Assembly: GCA_031272575.1 (NCBI GenBank)
Contig: JAISTO010000036.1
Span: forward strand, 1 to 44,886
DNA from: Treponema sp.
GTDB lineage: Bacteria; Spirochaetota; Spirochaetia; Treponematales; Breznakiellaceae
Direction of reading: 5' to 3'
DNA: 44,886 nucleotides
The notes beneath the pieces are model-generated. The model was not told the origin of the DNA and did not search any database. It saw only the letters and a list, made by a program, of their open reading frames with translations. The translations under genes were made by a program, and so were the position numbers. How positions within the stretch are numbered: the first letter of the stretch is position 1; each line of letters starts with the position of its first letter. Shown piece by piece: positions 17,249 through 27,332 of this stretch.

Positions 17249-18393
17249 CACAGGGCAGAAATGCAGTCAAAAAATCTATCGGCGGTCTAAAAATCGTCTG
17301 CTGGTGGATACTGTGTGTCCCCGGCCTTCTTCTCGCGCCAGCCTCTTCCGCCGACGATGGCGGGAGGCCCCTCCGCTCGGTGCAGACGCCGCAGGAGGAT
17401 CATCCCGCGGAACGGGGGGAACTGCCCGCTTTTTACGCGGATGCCGCGCCCCGCCTTCTGTCTATCGCGGGGCCGGAGGTGCTGGACGAGCCGCTCGTGC
17501 GCTCCTACCTGAGCCGCTACCTTACCCCCACCGGCCTTTCGTGGCTAAAGGCCACGAGGACTCGGGGCGCGCCGTTTATCCCCTTCATCAAAAAACAGAT
17601 CGCCGCGCGGGGACTTCCCTATGAGTTAGTTTTTCTACCGGCGGTCGAATCGGAGTTCGTCGTGAGCGCCAAAAGCAAGTCCGGCGCCGCGGGGCTCTGG
17701 CAGTTCATGCAGAACAGCATAGGGCCCTTCAACATACAGATTGACAGTTGGGTCGACGAGCGTTTCGATTTCTGGAAAGCGACTGAGGGGGCGCTCGCAA
17801 AATTGCAGGACAATTACCGCATTCTGGGAGACTGGCCTCTCGCGCTCGCGGCCTACAATGCCGGACTTGGGGGTGTGCAGCGGCTCATCCGTCAAACCGG
17901 CGAACACGACTACTGGGCGCTCTGCGCGCGCAGGCAGTTCAAAACTGAGGCCGTACATTACGTTCCCAAATTCATCGCGATTTCGTATATCCTTTCCAAC
18001 CCCCGCAGGTTCGGCCTCGACCTGTTGTGGGAGTCCGACCCGGCCTGGACGCGCCTTCCGGTGAGCCGGCAAGTCGATCTGGGCCGGCTCGCGAAAGTAT
18101 CCGGCGTCGATTACGCGCTGCTCAAAAAAGCGAATCAGGAACTGCGCTACGGCATTACGCCGCCCCGAAAGACCTATCTTTTGAAAGTACCCGCCGCGGC
18201 AGCGGAGAGCATCAGGCAGAGCATGGATCGCGCCAATATGCCGGTGCGCATGCACATCGTGCAGCAGGGCGAGACGCTCTGGGGCATCGCCCGCTCGTAC
18301 GGCCTTACGCCCGAGGCCCTGGCCGAGGCGAACAGCATCCCCCTGAACGGCATTCTGTCCATAGGAAAGGTGTTAAAGGTGCCTGTCAGGTAG
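17245..18393 (+). CDS. lytic murein transglycosylase (SLT domain) with C-terminal LysM
   Basis: ESEF...SKSGAAGLWQFM is an SLT motif. HIVQQGETLWGIARSYGLTPEALAEANSIPLNGILSIGKVLKVP is a LysM domain. ATGA overlap with the GH18 gene. Confidence 0.85.
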   Translation: MTQGRNAVKKSIGGLKIVCWWILCVPGLLLAPASSADDGGRPLRSVQTPQEDHPAERGELPAFYADAAPRLLSIAGPEVLDEPLVRSYLSRYLTPTGLSWLKATRTRGAPFIPFIKKQIAARGLPYELVFLPAVESEFVVSAKSKSGAAGLWQFMQNSIGPFNIQIDSWVDERFDFWKATEGALAKLQDNYRILGDWPLALAAYNAGLGGVQRLIRQTGEHDYWALCARRQFKTEAVHYVPKFIAISYILSNPRRFGLDLLWESDPAWTRLPVSRQVDLGRLAKVSGVDYALLKKANQELRYGITPPRKTYLLKVPAAAAESIRQSMDRANMPVRMHIVQQGETLWGIARSYGLTPEALAEANSIPLNGILSIGKVLKVPVR

Positions 18394-18399
18394 GGAGTA

Positions 18400-19308
18400 A
18401 TGAAGGGAAGTTTTCTTATGAAAAAAATGATGGTTTACTTCCTCATGCTGATGTTTGGCTCTTCTGTGCAGGGGCAGGAGGAGCATGCGCGGATTGAGAT
18501 TACGGGCAGCATTGACTGGGTAAAGGCTGAAATTAATGCGGTGGGGACTCTGAACCTTGCGCTCGCGGGGGTGAAGATGCCGGCAGGCAGGCTGCGGGGC
18601 GAGGAGATTTTGAACTCGGAGTACCCGCAGGCGCTGCGCGCTTTTTTGCTGCCCATACAGGTGGACTCCGCCTCGACGCTGGAGGAACTGGTGGGCACCG
18701 AGGCATACCCCCTGGCCGCGCTTGACGCGCTCTGCGAGCGGGGCCGCGGCGCCCCGCCCGCGCTTTCGAAAGACCTCAGTGCCCTGACAGGCCGCTATAC
18801 CGTCCCCCTGGACGCGCTGAGCGCGGAGTTCGCTTTGCACAAGCGGGCTGCCCCTATCCCCATACTGCTCGATCCGGTCCCCAGCGCGGAATATACGTCC
18901 ATCATCGTTGTGGTTGAAGAGGCGCTGCCGGTACATGGCCGGCCGCGAGGCCTAAAAAGCCTCCCCCGGCCCTGCCTCTTCCCGCGGATCTGGGACACGA
19001 ACATGGACTTGCTTTACGAGCGGGCGGTGGGCGAGCCGGGCAACAAAACCCGCATAGTCCGTTATATCAGTTTGCAGGATATTTTTTTCAACACCCCGAC
19101 CGGCCTTCGGGGTGACATTGCCGCGTTCGCGGGCGCGCGCCCGCTCCGCATTATTGCGCAAGAGGTCTTCGGCGAGACCCCAACCGACCTCGTCATCGAC
19201 GCGGAGGACGCGCGGATTATCCTTTCGAGTGAAAATAACAAGGCGCTCCTCCGTGCGCACAAGGTGATCTTCGCGTTTCCGGCGGAAGCGCTGCGGAGTT
19301 CTTTGTAA
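18400..19308 (+). CDS. hypothetical secreted protein
   Basis: Signal peptide MKKMMVYFLMLMFGSSVQGQ. No motif recognised. Start ambiguous (18400 or 18418). Confidence 0.5.
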   Translation: MKGSFLMKKMMVYFLMLMFGSSVQGQEEHARIEITGSIDWVKAEINAVGTLNLALAGVKMPAGRLRGEEILNSEYPQALRAFLLPIQVDSASTLEELVGTEAYPLAALDALCERGRGAPPALSKDLSALTGRYTVPLDALSAEFALHKRAAPIPILLDPVPSAEYTSIIVVVEEALPVHGRPRGLKSLPRPCLFPRIWDTNMDLLYERAVGEPGNKTRIVRYISLQDIFFNTPTGLRGDIAAFAGARPLRIIAQEVFGETPTDLVIDAEDARIILSSENNKALLRAHKVIFAFPAEALRSSL

Positions 19309-20246
19309 TGGAACAGCAGGTTGATTTAAGTGTTGAAATCGCGGGAGTCACTTTTTCCAACCCGGTAATTGCGGCAAGCGGGACCTTTGGTTACGGAAAA
19401 GAATACGCGGGGATGCTCGACATTGGGGCGCTCGGCGGCATCTGCACGAAGGGGCTTACACTGAGGCCCCGGCAGGGAAACGAGGGCGCCCGCATCTACG
19501 AAACCCCGGCAGGGCTTTTAAATTCGATCGGCCTTGAAAACCCCGGCATACCCGCATTCATTGAAAACGAACTGCCCGGGCTAAAAGCGCTGGGTCCTAA
19601 TGTGATAGCAAATCTCTCCGGCTCGACAGCAGCCGAATACGCGGAAGGCGCCGCGCTTCTCGCAGAGGCCGGCGTCGACATGATCGAGGTGAACATCTCC
19701 TGCCCTAACGTGAAGGCAGGGGGCCTCGCCTTCGGCATGGACTGCGAGAGTGCGGCGCTGGTAACGCGCAGTGTGCGGAAGGCTGCCCCTGCCGTTCCCC
19801 TTATGGTGAAACTTTCTCCCAACGCGCCGGACCTGTGCGGCATCGCGTTGGCCTGCGTAAACGCGGGCGCGGACGCGCTCTCGCTCGTGAACACATTCAA
19901 GGCCATGGCCATCGACATTGACACGCTGAAACCGGTCTTCGAAAACATACATGCGGGTCTCTCCGGGCCCTGCATTCACCCCATAGCGCTCCGCATGGTG
20001 TGGGAAGTGTACGAGGCGCTGGGGCGGGGTTCCCTGCCGCGCGTCCCGCTCGTGGGGATAGGGGGCATAGCCAACGCCCGCGACGCGATCGAGTTCCTCG
20101 CAGCCGGCGCCGCGGCCGTGGAGATAGGCGCCGCAACCTTCGCCCACCCCCGCGCCATGACCGAGGTCATCGCCGGCATAGCCGCGTATCTCAAAGAAAA
20201 AAATTTCTCCACTGTGCCGGACCTCACTGCCCATTGCCGCACTTGA
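19308..20246 (+). CDS. pyrD: dihydroorotate dehydrogenase, class 1 catalytic subunit
   Basis: AASGTFGYGKEY, NISCPNVK (active-site Cys) and GIGGI motifs. Confidence 0.9.
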   Translation: MEQQVDLSVEIAGVTFSNPVIAASGTFGYGKEYAGMLDIGALGGICTKGLTLRPRQGNEGARIYETPAGLLNSIGLENPGIPAFIENELPGLKALGPNVIANLSGSTAAEYAEGAALLAEAGVDMIEVNISCPNVKAGGLAFGMDCESAALVTRSVRKAAPAVPLMVKLSPNAPDLCGIALACVNAGADALSLVNTFKAMAIDIDTLKPVFENIHAGLSGPCIHPIALRMVWEVYEALGRGSLPRVPLVGIGGIANARDAIEFLAAGAAAVEIGAATFAHPRAMTEVIAGIAAYLKEKNFSTVPDLTAHCRT

Positions 20247-20260
20247 CAATGACGAGGAGA

Positions 20261-20287
20261 GATTCCGCGGTCGAGCCGCGGAATGAC
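20261..20287. repeat. REP-like palindromic repeat, short form
   Basis: gattccgcggtcgagccgcggaatgac lies between convergent pyrD and recF and is identical to 9861-9887. Confidence 0.85.
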
Positions 20288-20318
20288 GAGGGGAAATCAC
20301 TCTATGCGTTTTAGGCGC

Positions 20319-21395
20319 TCAGGCTGGTGTCAAAGCGCCGCCCTCGACCGTGTACACCACAGTGTCAGGTTTGCGGTACGCCTGATACGGTTCGCCTGGC
20401 AAAAAGGTGAAAAATGCCTGGTCGTAGGACGGCATATTTTCCAGGAAGCGCTTCCGCTTTTCGCCGTCCAGTTCGAGGAGCACATCGTCGAGCAGGAGCA
20501 CCGGGCGCTGTCCGGTCATCTCCGAAAAGCGCTGCGCCTGGGACACCCGCAGCAGCAGCGCGAGGAGCCGGCGCTGGCCCGTCGAGGCCCTGCCGGAAAA
20601 ATCAAGCCCCTTCCGCGAAAAAAGGTAGCGGTCGCGGTGGGGGCCGGACAGCGTTAGCGCGTGAAAGAGGTCCCCCTCGCGGCGCTGCGCCAGCAGGCCA
20701 ACAAGGGCCTCGAGCGAGGGCTCCTTCCAGGAGGGCGCGTAGCGGACAACCACCCCGTCGATGCCGGTGACCTCACGGAAGAGCGGCTCGAACACGAAAG
20801 AAAACTTTTCCGCGGCCTGAGAGCGTTTTTCCATTAAGAGCAGGCCGTACTGAGCGAGTTGGGGATCGATGGCATCGAGCAGCGAAAGGTTACCGCCATC
20901 TTTAAGCAGCGCGTTGCGCGTTTTCAGCACCTGCTTGTATCTGCGCAGATCGTCAACATAGAGGGGATCGTATAAACTCAAACTCTGGTCAAAAAACCAG
21001 CGCCGGCGCTCAGGGCTGCCGGAAACGAATTCCATATCTTCATGGCAGAACACGATGGCAGGACACGCGGATAGCAGTTCTTTGCGATCTTCAATTTTTT
21101 TGCCATCAATAAGAACCGTTTTTTTCCCCGCCTTGCAGGTAACGGCAATATCGCTGTGCAAAACTGAATCGCTTTTAAGAGACACTGCGCAGTCTTTTTC
21201 GCCGCTGCGGACCAACTCGCTGTCCCGCACCCCGCGAAACGACGAGGCGTAGGAACAGAAGTAGAGGGCTTCGAGAAAATTCGTTTTCCCCTGGCCGTTT
21301 TCGCCGACCAGAAAAATGTCTTTTCCCGGAGCGGCGGTTTCCGCGTCCGCAAGGTTGCGAAAACCAACCGTCCGCAGCGAAAGTACCGTACTCAA
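20319..21395 (-). CDS. recF: DNA replication/repair protein RecF
   Basis: Walker A GENGQGKTNFLEA, SMC-like signature TGQRRLLALLL, LLLDDV. 4-nt overlap with dnaN. Confidence 0.9.
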   Translation of the reverse strand: MSTVLSLRTVGFRNLADAETAAPGKDIFLVGENGQGKTNFLEALYFCSYASSFRGVRDSELVRSGEKDCAVSLKSDSVLHSDIAVTCKAGKKTVLIDGKKIEDRKELLSACPAIVFCHEDMEFVSGSPERRRWFFDQSLSLYDPLYVDDLRRYKQVLKTRNALLKDGGNLSLLDAIDPQLAQYGLLLMEKRSQAAEKFSFVFEPLFREVTGIDGVVVRYAPSWKEPSLEALVGLLAQRREGDLFHALTLSGPHRDRYLFSRKGLDFSGRASTGQRRLLALLLRVSQAQRFSEMTGQRPVLLLDDVLLELDGEKRKRFLENMPSYDQAFFTFLPGEPYQAYRKPDTVVYTVEGGALTPA

Positions 21396-22498
21396 TACTG
21401 CTGCGGCTGCATAGGCATGACGATGTGGAAGTAGTCCGACTCGGGCTCAGGCTTCATGGTGATAGCCTTGCTGTTATCCGTAAAGCGGACAACCACCTCT
21501 TCGCTTTCCATAGGCCGCAGCGGTTCGTCGATGTACCGGCAGTTGAACGATAGGGAAATGTTTTCCCCGCTGTACTCGCAGGAAATTTCTTTCCGCGCCT
21601 CGCCGATTTCGCTTTCGGTCGAGTAGACACTAATCGTGTCCTGGCTCAACTCGAAGAAGATGCGATGGGATTTCGATTCCATCATGGGTGACACCGTCTT
21701 GAGCGCGTCGAGCAGTTCCTGCCGATCTACCTTAAAGTATAAGGTTTGATCCTCAGGAATTACCCTGCGGTAGTTGGGGAAATTGCCCTCGATAAGGACG
21801 GACGACAGTTTGTACGACCCGAAAGAGATAAAAATGTTCCGCTCGGTGAGCGAAAGCGAAATTTCGCCTTCGTCGCCTGCCCGTTTCCTCACCACCTCGA
21901 GGATTTTCGGTGGGATAATGACCGGCTTGAAGTCTTTTATCCCCTGCGCCAATTCTTTTTTGATGAGGGAAAGCCTCCTGCCGTCTGTGGCCACCATGAT
22001 GAGGAAGTTTTCCTCTTTTTCGAAGAAAACGCCGTTCATAAAGTAGCGCGTTTCGTCATCTGACACAGCAAAGATGACGTTGGTGATCATGTCCTTGATT
22101 TCCGCCGCGGGAACCGCAAAGACATCCTCGCCTGCATCGGGGAAATCGGGGAACTTTTCGCTGGTGACGCTGTTCAACTGATACTTAACCCTTTTGGAGG
22201 GCATTTTGATCAGTACTTTTGAGTCAGCCTGCTCAAATTCGAGTTCTCCGTCCGGTATGGTGTTCAAAATTCCGCAGAATTTTCCACCAAGTACCGTGAC
22301 CGATCCCGGCTCGACGACCTCAACGGGCACAGTGGTCTCGAAATTGACCTTGTTGTCCGTTGCCTTGATTTTCAACGAGTCATTGGCAGCCTCCAGATAC
22401 ATGTTCGACAGTATCGAGGTCGTGTTCTGAGACCCAATGATCTCGTTGGCAATGGCGACTTCTTTAAGAAGCACGCTCCGTTCGCAAGTAAACTTCAT
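21392..22498 (-). CDS. dnaN: DNA polymerase III beta sliding clamp
   Basis: 368 aa with a typical N-terminus MKFTCERSVLLKEV. Position between dnaA and recF. Confidence 0.95.
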   Translation of the reverse strand: MKFTCERSVLLKEVAIANEIIGSQNTTSILSNMYLEAANDSLKIKATDNKVNFETTVPVEVVEPGSVTVLGGKFCGILNTIPDGELEFEQADSKVLIKMPSKRVKYQLNSVTSEKFPDFPDAGEDVFAVPAAEIKDMITNVIFAVSDDETRYFMNGVFFEKEENFLIMVATDGRRLSLIKKELAQGIKDFKPVIIPPKILEVVRKRAGDEGEISLSLTERNIFISFGSYKLSSVLIEGNFPNYRRVIPEDQTLYFKVDRQELLDALKTVSPMMESKSHRIFFELSQDTISVYSTESEIGEARKEISCEYSGENISLSFNCRYIDEPLRPMESEEVVVRFTDNSKAITMKPEPESDYFHIVMPMQPQQY

Positions 22499-22731
22499 GT
22501 TACTCTCCTATTATTGTGTTAATTAAAATAAAGAAGAAATAATAGTAGGCAAGGTGAATATGTGAATAACCTGCCTAAATGCTTATGTTAAAAGGATTTA
22601 GCATCCTGCTAACATGAGAATAAAGGCACTGTTTATTAGCACATTTTTACCTTACTTTACAATTTTTCTTCGTTATCGTCATTATTCACATAGTTTAACA
22701 TACTAGTAACATTTTTTCAAGAGGATATTGA
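22499..22731. other. AT-rich dnaA-dnaN spacer with DnaA boxes (candidate oriC part)
   Basis: TGTGAATAA (22561-22569), adjacent GGTGAATAT (22553-22561) and TTATTCACA (22682-22690). Strongly AT-rich against a GC-rich genome. Confidence 0.6.
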
Positions 22732-24153
22732 TTAGTTTCGCATGCTGTATTCTCTTGCTTTGCGTTTGCAGTTTTCCACGATTTCGTAGAAATCCGGCTC
22801 GGTTTTGAGGCGGGTGTCTACTTTTCTGCACGCAAAAATAACGGTGGCATGGTCTTTTCCGAATTCCGCGCCGATTTCGGTCGTGGAGTATTCGGTAATT
22901 TCCCGCGCCAGGTACATGGCGATATGACGGGGCGTTACCACGTTTTTGCTCTTTTTTTTGCTCCGCAGATCGTTGTGCGACAGGTGAAACTCGTCCGCGA
23001 CGGCCTTAAGGATGATGTCGATGGACATCGTTGGCTGACGCGGCGAGCCGATAAGGTCGCGCATCTGCTTTTGCGCATCGACAAGGGTGATGGGCCTGCC
23101 CGTAAGGTCCTGATACGCGATAAGGTTTTTGAAGGCCGAAAGGAGGTCCCGTACGTTGCTGGCGACATTTTTCCCCACCAGGTCGATTATTTCGGCGGGA
23201 ATATTGGCTTTTTTTGTTTCGTTGATCGAGCGCAGAATGAGGATACGGGTCTCGTACTTTAGGGGTTTTAAATCCACCTTGAGTCCGGACTCGAAGCGGG
23301 TGGTAAGCCGTTCGGGAATCTTTTTTAAATCTGAAATGAGCCGGTCGCAGGTAAATACGACCTGTTTTTTCGAGTCTGCCAGCGCGTTGAAGGTATGGAA
23401 TAACTCCTCCTGCGTTTGTTCTTTTCCTTCGAAAAATTGAATGTCGTCGAGCAAAAGCACATCGGTGGTGTAGCGAAATTTGTTTTTGAAGGAATTCATC
23501 TTTTGGGAGTTCATGGCCTCCAGAAACTCGTTTAAAAAGTTTTCCGCGGTAATATAGGTGACGCGGAGGTTAGAGTTGAAGTGAATGTAGTTCCCGATGG
23601 CCTGCATAAGGTGCGTTTTGCCCAGCCCCACGCCGCCGTAAATGAGCACCGGATTGTAGGCAGAGCCGGGATTCCGGGCAATGACATCCGCGGCTTTTGC
23701 CGCGTACTTGTTGTCCTCGCCGATAATGTAATTGTCGAAGGTGAAATCCTCGCGGAGGCTCGGCAGTTGCTTTCGCGGCGCCCTGGGGGCCTCTGTGGGG
23801 TGAATGTCTTTTGACTGCGGGGCGCTTGCCTTGTCCGGCGCTTCGGCAGGCTTCGGCTGCTGGCCGCTTGCAACGGCAGCCGCGGCTGCCGCATCTTCAT
23901 CGACCTTCAGGCTTACCGTGACTGTCGTTCCTGCCAGAGACGACAGTTTTTCCTGCAGCCGCGCTAAAAACTTGCGCTTAAACTGCGTCAAAAAGAAGGC
24001 CGAGGGAACCGAAACCTGCATTTCTTCTGGCCCGGAGGCGCTGAGAAAGCCGATCTTGCCCAGCCAGATAAAGTAATCGTCCTCTCCGCATTCAACGCGG
24101 AGTTCTTCGAGCGCCTCGTCAAAGAGAGCCTTGTAATCCCCTTTCTTAGCCAT
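22732..24153 (-). CDS. dnaA: chromosomal replication initiator DnaA
   Basis: GGVGLGKTHLMQAIGN Walker A, LLLDDIQF, and a C-terminal DNA-binding domain HIAMYLAREITEYSTTEIGAEFG..DHATV. Confidence 0.95.
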   Translation of the reverse strand: MAKKGDYKALFDEALEELRVECGEDDYFIWLGKIGFLSASGPEEMQVSVPSAFFLTQFKRKFLARLQEKLSSLAGTTVTVSLKVDEDAAAAAAVASGQQPKPAEAPDKASAPQSKDIHPTEAPRAPRKQLPSLREDFTFDNYIIGEDNKYAAKAADVIARNPGSAYNPVLIYGGVGLGKTHLMQAIGNYIHFNSNLRVTYITAENFLNEFLEAMNSQKMNSFKNKFRYTTDVLLLDDIQFFEGKEQTQEELFHTFNALADSKKQVVFTCDRLISDLKKIPERLTTRFESGLKVDLKPLKYETRILILRSINETKKANIPAEIIDLVGKNVASNVRDLLSAFKNLIAYQDLTGRPITLVDAQKQMRDLIGSPRQPTMSIDIILKAVADEFHLSHNDLRSKKKSKNVVTPRHIAMYLAREITEYSTTEIGAEFGKDHATVIFACRKVDTRLKTEPDFYEIVENCKRKAREYSMRN

Positions 24154-24500
24154 ACCGTTTCCTTGTTCCCCCTGTTTTATTCACAACCTATTCACAATTA
24201 AAAAATGAAAATACTATACACAAAATAACTCTGTTTCGTATATGAGCATTTTCATTACTAATAAATGAAAAACAAAACAATATAACTCTTTACAATGTAA
24301 CGACTTATATTGTCAAGAACGCCGTTGCGATAAACAGACTGCCGCCTTGTTGATTTTCGTGGCCCCCTCCTTCCAAAAACCCGCAAAGTTATTCACAACC
24401 TATTCACAATTGTTGGATACTTGTGAAAATCGGTGAACATCTGTTTTGTCTGCATATAATATACCATAGGTTGTTTTTTTAGTCAAGGGGCGTGGGTCAG
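24154..24500. other. AT-rich region upstream of dnaA with repeated DnaA-box pairs (candidate oriC part / dnaA promoter)
   Basis: Identical 23-mers ttattcacaacctattcacaatt at 24177-24199 and 24389-24411. Each holds TTATTCACA plus cTATTCACA. About 190 bp of very AT-rich DNA lies between them. Confidence 0.65.
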
Positions 24501-24504
24501 GATG

Positions 24505-25674
24505 TTACCTCGTGAGCAGCGTCTTCCGAACGAGGCGCTCCTGCCGGTGCAGGAATTCCTCGCGGAGGCCGCCGCTCAGGGGGGCGGGGCCGGCGAGGGC
24601 CCTGCGGGTCCAGTCGAGGGCCTGCGCGGGGTCCTGCAGGACGCGCTCGGCGCGGATGGCGAGGATGCGGCAGGCCCGTGGAGCGCCCTCTTCCGCCGCG
24701 CGATGCAGGAGTGCCTCCGCGGCGTCCTGGGTCCCGGAGGCGGCGAAGCCCCGGAAGAGGGCCTCGCGGAACCGAAGCGCAAGCGCCTCTGTGCGGCAGT
24801 GAAGGGCCGCGCCCGCTTCGAGGGGGGCGTCCGCGACCCTGCAAAGCGCGGCGAGTATGCCGGCGAGCCCCCGCAGGTCCCTTATGTTATGATCGCAGAC
24901 GGCGAGGAGCCCCTCCGTATCGCCCTCGCGGAGGAAGCGGAACCACATTTCCGGGGCAAAGGCTCCCGAGAGGTCACCGTCGCGGGCGCCTTCGAGGCCA
25001 GGGAGCAGGCTCTCGACCGTGCCCTGTGAGCAGTCGGGGAGCGTGTGCTTCCAGAGTCTGCGCGACGGGTGCAAAAGGTCGCAGTGCTGCAGGAAGGGGG
25101 GCTCGAATCCGTTCATAAGGCATCTGGTTTTCAGGAGTTGCCCGTCAAAGGCCTTGCCGTTGTAACTTACGGTGACTGGACTATCATCCTGATCGCAAAA
25201 AGAAAACTCCCTGAGCGTGTTCGTCAGGAAATCGGCCTCCCCGGGAAAGTCGAGGAGGAGGTACTGGGTAACGCGGAGGCCCCCCGCAGCGCCATTGCAG
25301 GGGGTGACGGGCCTGCCGAGCGCCGCAAGAAAGGCGATAGTACCGCTTCCTGCCGCGGAAAGGCCGGTCGTTTCGAGATCGAAAAAAAGCAGACGCTTTG
25401 AAGGAATGCCCGCACACGGGGGGCCGTCACCGTAGAACAAGGGGATAAGGTCGGGAACGAGTATTGACAGGGGCGCCTCTATGGTGACCGGTATACCCCC
25501 CGGGATGTCCACAGTTATGCTGCGCTTCAGGCACTGATACCCCGCGGGCTGCCACTCCGAAGAAAAGCCGCGCGGCACAGGGGGCTGCTCGCGGCGGGGA
25601 GGGGGCGCTTCGCTGCCTGATGCGGGCCGCAATTCCCTTATGCGCGAAAGCCGCGCCTTTAAGTTTCCTGCCAT
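24505..25674 (-). CDS. RNase H-fold (YprB-like) exonuclease domain protein
   Basis: LLFFDLETTGLS is an Exo I-type DxE motif. Arg/Ala-rich helical C-terminal half. The opposite-strand ORFs are GC shadows. Confidence 0.6.
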   Translation of the reverse strand: MAGNLKARLSRIRELRPASGSEAPPPRREQPPVPRGFSSEWQPAGYQCLKRSITVDIPGGIPVTIEAPLSILVPDLIPLFYGDGPPCAGIPSKRLLFFDLETTGLSAAGSGTIAFLAALGRPVTPCNGAAGGLRVTQYLLLDFPGEADFLTNTLREFSFCDQDDSPVTVSYNGKAFDGQLLKTRCLMNGFEPPFLQHCDLLHPSRRLWKHTLPDCSQGTVESLLPGLEGARDGDLSGAFAPEMWFRFLREGDTEGLLAVCDHNIRDLRGLAGILAALCRVADAPLEAGAALHCRTEALALRFREALFRGFAASGTQDAAEALLHRAAEEGAPRACRILAIRAERVLQDPAQALDWTRRALAGPAPLSGGLREEFLHRQERLVRKTLLTR

Positions 25675-25703
25675 GCTGTCCCGGTAAGGCTGTCACCCTT
25701 AAT

Positions 25704-27332
25704 TTAAATTTTACGCCGGAAAATGCGGTAGTTGATTTGCGGGAATATGTTGTGACTATGCTCGAGGTTCGTAAGCCACAACGCCCTAAGGCCGCGGCTT
25801 GCGAGCGCCTCGTAAATCGTTGTGAAGTTGCGCAGCGCACTTTCAACCTGCAGGCGGGCGTAGTCACGATTTTCCTGGCCTTTAAGCATACGCGCCCAAT
25901 CGGATGACATGGCGATGAGCATTTCGCGGGCCGCCTGATTCAGCGCACGTTCCTTCAGACCAGCCGCGTTGGGGAACCGCTCCGCGAGTTCCGTCATTCG
26001 CTCGAGAGACCGCATAATGTGGCGATAGATGCGGTCGTTGGCCGCGTCGAGCCAGGTCTCCGCGCTTCCCTTTACCCCCCAGGATGACCACTGAGGGGTC
26101 ACTATTTGAAAGCCAAGGGGGTCCTGTTTGTAAAGATACTCCCCCGGGTTCATAATGTTGAGCGCCCCGGGGTGGCTTTGCCCGGTACGGCGCGCGGCCT
26201 CACGGAAGAGTTGCTCGAGGAAGGTCATGCCTTCGTACCAGGACTGTCCCAGGAGGTCAGCGGGAAAGGCCGCGAGGCAGATGGGGGGGCCATCCATAAA
26301 ACGGGAGGCCTGTGCGAGACGCGCTTCCCCGCTGTCCAGGAAGGCCGCTGCCTGCGCCGCGGCGAGCGACTTTGCGGCATCCGCGTCGTAAGGGGGTGTC
26401 CCCGGGGCATCGGTGCAGCACTGGTACACGTAGCCGGTGGGTCTGCGGGTCCCGTTTGGGCCGAGGAATGCCCTTACCGCCTCTGCGGGCAGTTCATAAC
26501 CCGCATCCAGGGTGCGGCTTCGGTAGCGGTGATCCCGCGAAAAGTTCTGAATCGTCTGTGCTGCGTAAAAATCCCTGCCCAGGATGAAAGTACCGCGCGG
26601 GGTCCGCACCGGATAAAATGACCCCTTTTTGGCGCAGGGGTGCCCGAAGACGAGCGCATGGCTTTCGACAATCGTGTAGCCTATATTGTACGCGCGGAGC
26701 CAGGGGTCGCATTGTTGATCCCAACCGAGTTCCGGGAACCAGAACCCGAGCGGAAAGGCGCCGAAGGTTTGGTTATGGTCTGCTATTGCGGTCTCAAACT
26801 GCGCCTGAATCGCCTCTGGATATTCAACATAAAAGGGCAGAAACGCGCGGGTCGCGGCGGTGACAAGCAGTTCGATGCGCCCCCGCTCCTGCAGGGCCGA
26901 GAAAACCCCTGGCAGGCTCTTGTACTCGAGGAGCAGTTTTTGCAGGAGTTCCTTTTTCGCGACAGCCTCGTTTCGGTACCGTTTTGCGAGCGCCTCCATA
27001 GCCGCGTCTGCTTTATGCCGTTCAATTTCCGCAAGGCCGAAATCAGTCTGCCTGTCAAGATAGTCGATGAAGGCGCGTATCCAGGATTTTTCTGAAAGGA
27101 GGCGGCAGAAGAAGGGCGACAGAGAGAGGCCAAGGTGAAAGGGAACATGATCCCGCTCGAGCGACTCTATCATGGCAAAGAAGGGCAGCCAGGTGCAGGA
27201 GAGGCTTTCGAAGAAGGCGGTTTGCTCGCGGGGGTCAGGATTTTTTAAATCGGGGATAAAGGGAAAATGCGCTTGAAGGACTATCGAAAATACCGGCCCT
27301 TCTATGGGATTGATGACGGAACCGGGGGTCAT
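25704..27332 (-). CDS. GH57-family alpha-glucan branching enzyme-like protein
   Basis: N-terminal FSIVLQAHFPFI resembles the GH57 start. Length and C-terminal helical region are as in GH57/DUF1957 proteins (recollection, not searched). Confidence 0.7.
   Translation of the reverse strand: MTPGSVINPIEGPVFSIVLQAHFPFIPDLKNPDPREQTAFFESLSCTWLPFFAMIESLERDHVPFHLGLSLSPFFCRLLSEKSWIRAFIDYLDRQTDFGLAEIERHKADAAMEALAKRYRNEAVAKKELLQKLLLEYKSLPGVFSALQERGRIELLVTAATRAFLPFYVEYPEAIQAQFETAIADHNQTFGAFPLGFWFPELGWDQQCDPWLRAYNIGYTIVESHALVFGHPCAKKGSFYPVRTPRGTFILGRDFYAAQTIQNFSRDHRYRSRTLDAGYELPAEAVRAFLGPNGTRRPTGYVYQCCTDAPGTPPYDADAAKSLAAAQAAAFLDSGEARLAQASRFMDGPPICLAAFPADLLGQSWYEGMTFLEQLFREAARRTGQSHPGALNIMNPGEYLYKQDPLGFQIVTPQWSSWGVKGSAETWLDAANDRIYRHIMRSLERMTELAERFPNAAGLKERALNQAAREMLIAMSSDWARMLKGQENRDYARLQVESALRNFTTIYEALASRGLRALWLTNLEHSHNIFPQINYRIFRRKI

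Noticed and set aside
20247-20318. Absence of gyrB after dnaA-dnaN-recF as an anomaly
   Set aside because: Gene order downstream of recF varies among bacteria. The convergent pyrD with a REP hairpin is an ordinary arrangement.
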